A stretch of 64,000 nt of DNA from Eubacteriales bacterium (GTDB lineage: Bacteria; Bacillota; Clostridia; Oscillospirales; CAG-272): positions 81,504 to 145,503 of the forward strand of contig JAZQBL010000013.1 of NCBI GenBank assembly GCA_045545665.1, in the 5' to 3' direction. The notes beneath the pieces were generated by a model that saw nothing but the letters and a program-made list of their open reading frames with translations, was not told where the DNA came from and did not search any database. Shown piece by piece: positions 58,407 through 64,000 of the stretch. Within the stretch, counting starts at the first letter, position 1. The number at the start of each line of letters is the position of its first letter. Position numbers and translations under genes: made by a program.

Positions 58407-59495
58407 ATGATGAAAAAAAACAAAGAAAATCTGCTTCTGCGTGCTCTCATCATCGTATTTATTTCACTTACAGCAGTTCTTGCAATACTTTTGGGAGTGG
58501 TTTTTGCAATAAAACCCGGAAACCCGATAAAAACTGTAATAGAATACGTGCAAAACGGTTTTGAATTAGACCCTGAGGCAACGACTCTTTCTGTTGATAC
58601 AACAGTCTATACGGATGAATCCTCCTCTCCGACGGAGGAAACGGAAGCAAACAACACGCCGTCATCCAAAGAAAACAGTGATACATCCGCCCCTGCCGAA
58701 GATACCGAAAAAGATACGACACAAAACGGTATAACAGACTCGGATGCTCCGACAGAGGATACGGAAACGGAAAACGAGTCTGCAAAGGACACAGAAAAGC
58801 TCCCGGAGGATACCGAAATCATCCCCGTTACGACTGCGCCGTTTGATGAAAATCCCGATGAGATAACCTCCGCCGTCACGACCGAGCCAAGCATTCCGAC
58901 AGATCCCGACGACCGTGTAAACGATCCCGATTATTTCAAGGATGCACTTTTTATAGGGGATTCCCGCACGGTAGGATTTTACAGCTACGGAAACATCGAA
59001 GGTGCGACGTATTTTGCAAGAACGTCAATGAACGTGGCAAACTGCTTCAAAGAATCACCTGCAGAAACGGGAACGGGCAACTATGATCTGACACAGCTTT
59101 TGCAAAAATACACATACGGAAAAATATACATATTGCTCGGTATAAACGAAATAGGCTATTCGACGTCCTGGATAGAATCAAGATATCTGCAGGTAATAAC
59201 ACGCATACAGGAGCTTCAGCCGAATGCAATAATCATAATACAGTCAAATATGCACGTTACGGAAGCGAAGTCCTCCGTCCCCGACACACCCTTTAAAAAT
59301 GAAAAGATAGACGAGGTAAACGCCCGCCTTGTCGCATTCGCCGACAATGAAAAAATATTTTATCTCGACACTACCACGCCCTTTGACGATGCCACGGGAA
59401 ATCTAGACACCGCATATTCAAGAGACGGCGTACATTTTAACGCAAACGGCTACAAGGTCTGGCGCAACTACGTTTTACAGTACGGAAAAAGGTAA
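58407..59495 (+). CDS. membrane-anchored SGNH/GDSL-family hydrolase with acidic linker
   Basis: N-terminal TM helix, Glu/Asp/Thr-rich linker. LFIGDSRTVGF (block I Ser), GINE, and DGVHFN (block V). Confidence 0.75.
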   Translation: MMKKNKENLLLRALIIVFISLTAVLAILLGVVFAIKPGNPIKTVIEYVQNGFELDPEATTLSVDTTVYTDESSSPTEETEANNTPSSKENSDTSAPAEDTEKDTTQNGITDSDAPTEDTETENESAKDTEKLPEDTEIIPVTTAPFDENPDEITSAVTTEPSIPTDPDDRVNDPDYFKDALFIGDSRTVGFYSYGNIEGATYFARTSMNVANCFKESPAETGTGNYDLTQLLQKYTYGKIYILLGINEIGYSTSWIESRYLQVITRIQELQPNAIIIIQSNMHVTEAKSSVPDTPFKNEKIDEVNARLVAFADNEKIFYLDTTTPFDDATGNLDTAYSRDGVHFNANGYKVWRNYVLQYGKR

Positions 59496-59497
59496 AT

Positions 59498-60763
59498 ATG
59501 GAATATAAGGTAGGAATATATACGCTCGGCTGCCGTGTGAATCAGTACGAATCATCTGCACTTGCAAAGCTTTTTTCGGATAACGGATTTTGCATAGCAC
59601 CTTTTACGAAGCCGTGCGATGCGTACGTTATCAACACCTGCACAGTTACGGCGGAAAGCGACAGAAAGTCGCTTAAAGCCGTACGGAGAGCCGCATCATC
59701 GGGTGCCCTCGTGGCTGTGTGCGGCTGTTCTTCCCAGCTTGATGCAAATCGGTATTTAAAAGCCGGTGCTTCATTTGTTTGCGGAACGAGAAACAAGCTT
59801 GAAATTTTTAACTACATAAAAAACAACGTCGGGAAAATTGCAGAAAAGGCAGTAAGCACGCCCGAACCATCCTCCCTGCCTTACGAAAAGATGCACGGCA
59901 TATCGACAGAAAGAACGAGGGCATACGTCAAAATACAGGACGGATGTGACGGTGCTTGCACGTACTGTGCGATAAAAAACGCACGCGGAAAGTCCGTTTC
60001 ACGTGACAGAGATGACATACTGAGTGAAGTGAGGGAGCTTTCCTCAAGCGGTTTTTGCGAGGTCGTTCTCACGGGAATTGAAACGTCGTCGTACACAGAT
60101 CTGCCCTCTCTTGTAAAGGAAGTTGCCGAAATACCCGACATAAAGAGGATACGCCTCGGCTCGCTCGACCCGTCGTTTTTAAGGAAAGACACGGCAGAAG
60201 AGCTATTGTCGTGCGAAAAGCTCTGCTGTCATTTTCACTTGTCCGTTCAAAGCGGTAACGACAGAATACTTGCGCTTATGAAACGCAGATACAATTCTTC
60301 GATACTTCGCAGAAATATCGAAAATATACTGTCTTTAAACGGTGATTTTCGTTTCAGCTGTGACATAATAGCGGGCTTTCCGACGGAAGGTGATGAAGAG
60401 CTTGAAGACACTGCAAGCCTTTTAAGAGATTATCCGTTTGTTCACGCGCACATTTTCCCGTATTCGGAAAGAGCGGGCACGCCTGCTTGTGTAATGCAGG
60501 GTTCTCTCGATATACCGACGAGAAAAGCGCACGCGGAATATCTTGATAAAATAAGCAAAGAAAAGGCACACGGTCTTATATCGCGTGATGCGGAAGAAAA
60601 AAAGGCGCTTTCCGTTCTTTTTGAAACGTATAAAAACGGTGTACTTTGCGGTCACGCCCTCGATTTTACGGAGGTTTATATGCTCGGCAAAGAAAGCCTG
60701 AAAGGAAAGATCGCATCCGTCAATGCAGACCGTGTTGAAGACGGAAAACTGTTTGTGAGATAA
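59498..60763 (+). CDS. mtaB: MiaB-like radical-SAM tRNA methylthiotransferase (MtaB-type)
   Basis: N-terminal TLGCRVNQYES...NTCTVT...CGC cysteines, radical SAM CDGACTYC, no long N-terminal extension. Confidence 0.82.
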   Translation: MEYKVGIYTLGCRVNQYESSALAKLFSDNGFCIAPFTKPCDAYVINTCTVTAESDRKSLKAVRRAASSGALVAVCGCSSQLDANRYLKAGASFVCGTRNKLEIFNYIKNNVGKIAEKAVSTPEPSSLPYEKMHGISTERTRAYVKIQDGCDGACTYCAIKNARGKSVSRDRDDILSEVRELSSSGFCEVVLTGIETSSYTDLPSLVKEVAEIPDIKRIRLGSLDPSFLRKDTAEELLSCEKLCCHFHLSVQSGNDRILALMKRRYNSSILRRNIENILSLNGDFRFSCDIIAGFPTEGDEELEDTASLLRDYPFVHAHIFPYSERAGTPACVMQGSLDIPTRKAHAEYLDKISKEKAHGLISRDAEEKKALSVLFETYKNGVLCGHALDFTEVYMLGKESLKGKIASVNADRVEDGKLFVR

Positions 60764-60766
60764 GCT

Positions 60767-62119
60767 ATGGCATTTTTTACTAAAGAAAGATCTTTTTATA
60801 AGACGTTTATATCTCTTTGGGGCGTTCTTGTTTTAAACAACGTCATCGTCCTCGGAGTAAACCTTGCCGACAACATTATGCTCGGCGCATACAGCGAGCC
60901 TGCCTTATCGGGGGCAGCCGCATGTAATCAGCTTCAATTTATATTTCAGCAGGTGATATTCGGTCTCGGTAACACCGCCGTGCTTTTAGGCAGTCAGTAC
61001 TGGGGAGAAAAAAAGCTGAAGCCTATAAAAAATATAGCCGCATCGGCTCTTATTTGCGGTGTGCTGTTTTCGCTTGTACTGTTTATATTGACGTCCGCTT
61101 TTCCGTATCAGACGGTCGGAATATTCACGAAATCAGAGGTCATAAAGCAGCAGGGTGTCGAATATCTTTCCGTAATAAAGTACACGTATCCCGTATTTGC
61201 CGTAACGAACATACTGCTTGCCTGCCTGCGCTCGGTTGAAAGCGTGAAGATAGGCTTCCGTGTTTCCGTTATGACTCTTATCGTCAACATCTCGCTCAAC
61301 TACGTGCTCATTTTCGGAAAGCTCGGGTTTGAGCCTATGGGTGCAAAAGGTGCGGCAACAGCGACGCTCATTTCAAGAATTGCCGAGCTTTTGTTCGTCG
61401 TCATCCACATAATGTTCATAGAAAAGAACCTGAGGCTGTCCTTTGGCGATATGGTAAAGACAGACCTGTCGTTGTTTAAAAAATATGCGCTGTCGTCCGT
61501 GCCGTTCGTGCTTACCGACGGACTTTTCGGCGTTTCCACCGCTTTACAGACCGTTATTCTCGGTCATATGTCAGATGCGGCAATAGCGGCAAATTCCGTA
61601 TCAACAACGCTTTACCAGGTGTTGAAGGTTGCGGCGATAGGCTCGTCCGCCGCCTCCGCCGTCATAATCGGCAAAAGCATCGGACAAGGCAAAAGCCTTG
61701 ATAAGATAAAGGAATATTCAAGGTCACTGCAGGTCATATACGTCGGTGTCGGACTTGCCACGTCCGTTTTGCTTTTCTTACTCCGCACACCGATAATAAG
61801 CCTTTACAATATTTCAAGCGAGGCTGTAAGCCTTGCCGACGGATTTTTACTCGTTCTGTGCGTAACGTGCATCGGTACGGCATATCAGATGCCGACGAAC
61901 ACGGGTATCGTGCGCGGCGGCGGAGATTCGAAATTCGTATTGAAGCTCGATATCGTCGCCATCTGGTGCATAGTTTTACCTCTTTCGTTCTGTGCGGCAT
62001 TCCGCTGGCACTGGCATCCCATCGCCGTAATTGCGTGCCTTAACGCCGACCAGGTGTTCAAGTGCCTGCCCGTTTTCATCAAAGCAAACAGCTATAATTG
62101 GGTAAAAAAGCTTACTTGA
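60767..62119 (+). CDS. MATE family efflux transporter
   Basis: 450 aa with 12 predicted TM helices. Typical MATE N-terminus (LWGVLVLNNVIVLGVNLADNIMLG). Confidence 0.85.
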   Translation: MAFFTKERSFYKTFISLWGVLVLNNVIVLGVNLADNIMLGAYSEPALSGAAACNQLQFIFQQVIFGLGNTAVLLGSQYWGEKKLKPIKNIAASALICGVLFSLVLFILTSAFPYQTVGIFTKSEVIKQQGVEYLSVIKYTYPVFAVTNILLACLRSVESVKIGFRVSVMTLIVNISLNYVLIFGKLGFEPMGAKGAATATLISRIAELLFVVIHIMFIEKNLRLSFGDMVKTDLSLFKKYALSSVPFVLTDGLFGVSTALQTVILGHMSDAAIAANSVSTTLYQVLKVAAIGSSAASAVIIGKSIGQGKSLDKIKEYSRSLQVIYVGVGLATSVLLFLLRTPIISLYNISSEAVSLADGFLLVLCVTCIGTAYQMPTNTGIVRGGGDSKFVLKLDIVAIWCIVLPLSFCAAFRWHWHPIAVIACLNADQVFKCLPVFIKANSYNWVKKLT

Positions 62120-62175
62120 CAAGATAAAAAAGCAAGAATAAAGCGGACTTCTCATAAGGAAGTTTAATTTCTCCT

Positions 62176-62202
62176 TGTAGGGACAGGCGTCCTCGACTGT
62201 CC
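62176..62202 (+). repeat. REP-like unit (TGTAG + hairpin with a compensated stem)
   Basis: tgtag-ggacag-gcgtcctcga-ctgtcc. Same loop core and flanking TGTAG as 44838-44864, but a different, fully complementary stem. Confidence 0.55.
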
Positions 62203-62239
62203 GTTAAGATATATTTGCGCCGCAGAATACAAAGAGTAT

Positions 62240-62268
62240 CCCGGACAGATTTTCAAGGTCTGTCCGGG
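62240..62268. terminator. hairpin between the convergent MATE gene and the 62.3-kb gene
   Basis: Perfect 10-bp stem cccggacaga / tctgtccggg with a 9-nt loop. Weak T-tracts on both sides. Confidence 0.5.
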
Positions 62269-62300
62269 TTCTCATATCATTAAAAAGCCAAAACACGATA

Positions 62301-62909
62301 TCATTGGTTTGTGTTGATAATATTTGCAATCTCTGATATCAAATGTTCTTTTGAGGTCAACACGCCCTTAACTGCAAATTTCTTTTTGTTAATTATTACA
62401 ATAGTGCAATTCGTCTGAAATTTTAATACAATTCTTTTGGTTTTGTTTCTGCAAACGGCTCGAAATTTTCCATAAAACTTTCCACCGCCTATAAAAATGT
62501 ACCCCGTTACTTCTTTCTTTGTATAACGGGTTAACTGATCGAAAAATTCAGCATAACTACCAAGGAATATATCATGTAATACAGAACAATATACGCTATT
62601 TTTGCAGTAGGTCAAATAGAGAAATTCAATCTTTAAAATAGAGAAATCTGTGATATATGATTGTAACAAAAAGCAAAGGATTGCAATTGGTATAGCAACC
62701 CATAATTCACGTTCAAAGCACATGGGAATCCAACATAACAACAAAATCAAATACTGGAATATAATAAATATTTTGCGTCCAAACTTTGATGTAAGACCTT
62801 GTCCTTTGCGCCACGCTTCTTCACGTTCTTTTTTGCCCCAAATTATCTTGTCAGAAAAAAAGCGATTTGTTCTATTATAGTATTCGATATAAAAATCTTT
62901 TCTTTGCAT
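62301..62909 (-). CDS. hypothetical membrane protein, AT-rich orphan gene
   Basis: 202 aa. AGGAGGA RBS. Two TM helices (IFIIFQYLILLLCWIPMCF and WVAIPIAILCFLLQSYI). No family recognised. Sits directly downstream of the gene-less RAYT-element derivative. Confidence 0.5.
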   Translation of the reverse strand: MQRKDFYIEYYNRTNRFFSDKIIWGKKEREEAWRKGQGLTSKFGRKIFIIFQYLILLLCWIPMCFERELWVAIPIAILCFLLQSYITDFSILKIEFLYLTYCKNSVYCSVLHDIFLGSYAEFFDQLTRYTKKEVTGYIFIGGGKFYGKFRAVCRNKTKRIVLKFQTNCTIVIINKKKFAVKGVLTSKEHLISEIANIINTNQ

Positions 62910-62968
62910 TTTGCAACTATCCTCCTACTGTGTGATGTCTACACTTGGAATTTAATCGCGCAAGTTTC

Positions 62969-63149
62969 GCCTTTGTATTACAAAGGCATAGAGCAAAGCC
63001 CATGCCCCTAAAGCTGTACGAACGCTTCAATAGGCTCCCTCCGGGAGGGAGGCTTTTCGTTAGCCTCATTATAACACAAATCGGCAGAGAAAACAAGTTC
63101 TCTGCCGAAGCTTTCGTGCTACTAATTCTCCGCTAAGAATGCAGAGAAA
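62969..63149 (-). mobile_element. gene-less (MITE-like) derivative of the RAYT element
   Basis: Left block 62969-63000 matches 44604-44635 at 28 of 32 positions. 63078-63109 is identical to 45162-45193 (32 nt). An AGAATGCAGA block lies at both right ends. There is no transposase ORF between the ends. Confidence 0.55.
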
Positions 63150-63207
63150 AAAGGAAAAACTTTTATTCTTGCTTTTTGTTTCAACGCAGCCGTACGGTTG
63201 CGTTTTT

Positions 63208-64000
63208 TTATACTTTTACTATTCCGAATGCTTCCAGAACGGAGAAGATGAGTATGAAAACGATGCAAACGGGTGCTATATATTTTATAACTACCGTAAA
63301 GAGCTTGCGTGCTTTGAATGCTCCGCCGATCTCCGCTTCCTCGATTATTGCCTTAGGCTTGATGACGTAACCGATGAATATACACGTTGCAAGTGCAACT
63401 ATCGGCATAAGAACACTGTTGCTTGCAAAATCAAATAACGTGAGGAAATCCATTCCGATAAGCTTTATTCCGCTCCATATACCGTTACCGAGCGAGGACG
63501 GAACGCCGAACACGATGCATATGCCCAAAACGATGAAGCAAGCCGTTTTTCTCTTTATACCGAATTTATCGGTGAATATCGAAACAACCGTTTCCATAAG
63601 AGAAATCGAGGACGTAAGTGCGGCAAAAAGTACGAGCAGGAAGAAGGCAACGCCGATCATCTCGCCGCCCTTCATTGAGTCAAACACCTTCGGGAGCGTT
63701 ACGAACATAAGTCCGCGACCTTTGTTAAGCGCCTCGGCACTGCCGCCCGAAAAAGCAAATACACCGGGAACTATCATAAGTCCCGCAAGAAATGCTATGC
63801 CTGTGTCAAATATCTCTATCTGTCTTACGGATGATTCGATATTGACGTCCTTTTTCATATACGAGCCGTACGTTATCATAATGCCCATTGCAAGTGACAT
63901 CGAATAGAACAGCTGTCCCATTGCGGCAAGCACCGTGATTATTGAAAACTGTGAAAAGTCGGGCTTTATGTAGTAGATAACGCCTTCCCAAGCGCCGTCC
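63208..64000 (-). CDS. sodium-dependent transporter, NSS (SNF) family; N-terminal part outside the window
   Basis: The frame stays open to the window edge upstream of the track's Met (DGAWEGVIYYIKPDFSQFSIITVLAAMGQLFYSMSLAMGIMITYGSY, an NSS signature). Confidence 0.85.
   Translation of the reverse strand, partial: DGAWEGVIYYIKPDFSQFSIITVLAAMGQLFYSMSLAMGIMITYGSYMKKDVNIESSVRQIEIFDTGIAFLAGLMIVPGVFAFSGGSAEALNKGRGLMFVTLPKVFDSMKGGEMIGVAFFLLVLFAALTSSISLMETVVSIFTDKFGIKRKTACFIVLGICIVFGVPSSLGNGIWSGIKLIGMDFLTLFDFASNSVLMPIVALATCIFIGYVIKPKAIIEEAEIGGAFKARKLFTVVIKYIAPVCIVFILIFSVLEAFGIVKV

Overview
This 64-kb window looks like core chromosome of an endospore-forming Firmicute, probably a Clostridia or Oscillospiraceae-like organism. 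That taxonomic guess rests only on gene content (gpr, spoIIP, a GerA/SpoVAF-like gene) and codon style.

All product calls come from reading the translated ORFs and recalling family motifs. No BLAST or HMM search was possible.

Gene content:
- About 60 protein genes are supportable. They include a wall-teichoic-acid trio (tagD, a CDP-glycerol glycerophosphotransferase, a GT2), dapA, queA, groES-groEL behind a CIRCE operator, htpG, thrS, mgsA, a stand-alone trpB, rarA, and the rpmH-rnpA-yidD-yidC-jag cluster. rpmH is 44 aa and is missing from the ORF track.
- The window also holds nth, a two-component system, a Xer-like recombinase, mtaB, MATE and ABC exporters, a DinJ-YafQ TA pair and a MazF.
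- Two T-box leaders are readable on the minus strand: an ACC/Thr specifier upstream of thrS and a UGG/Trp specifier upstream of trpB.
- I saw no rRNA, tRNA or CRISPR array.

I cannot point to a clear multi-gene defence system of known or obviously new type. The signals most worth a second look are:
1. A decayed RAYT-type (HUH/Y1, IS200-like) transposase element at 44.6-45.2 kb. It has a gene-less ~180-bp derivative at 63.0 kb, dispersed GTAG-plus-hairpin (REP-like) units with compensatory stem changes, and a palindrome plus extended -10 module shared by three loci.
2. A second hairpin motif family (H1-AATATCAC-H2-ATATCACT) at 4.5 kb and 8.9 kb.
3. An orphan two-gene phage-tail-fibre-like cassette (including a CBM5/12 motif) under a consensus promoter at 13.7-15.65 kb.
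4. A 75-aa ORF that is little more than a signal peptide plus an NPxTG sorting signal.
5. A MazF with no visible antitoxin, coupled to a SpoVAF-like gene.
6. Unusual cargo in both T-box operons.

Start codons were adjusted where RBS or promoter evidence contradicted the longest ORF.
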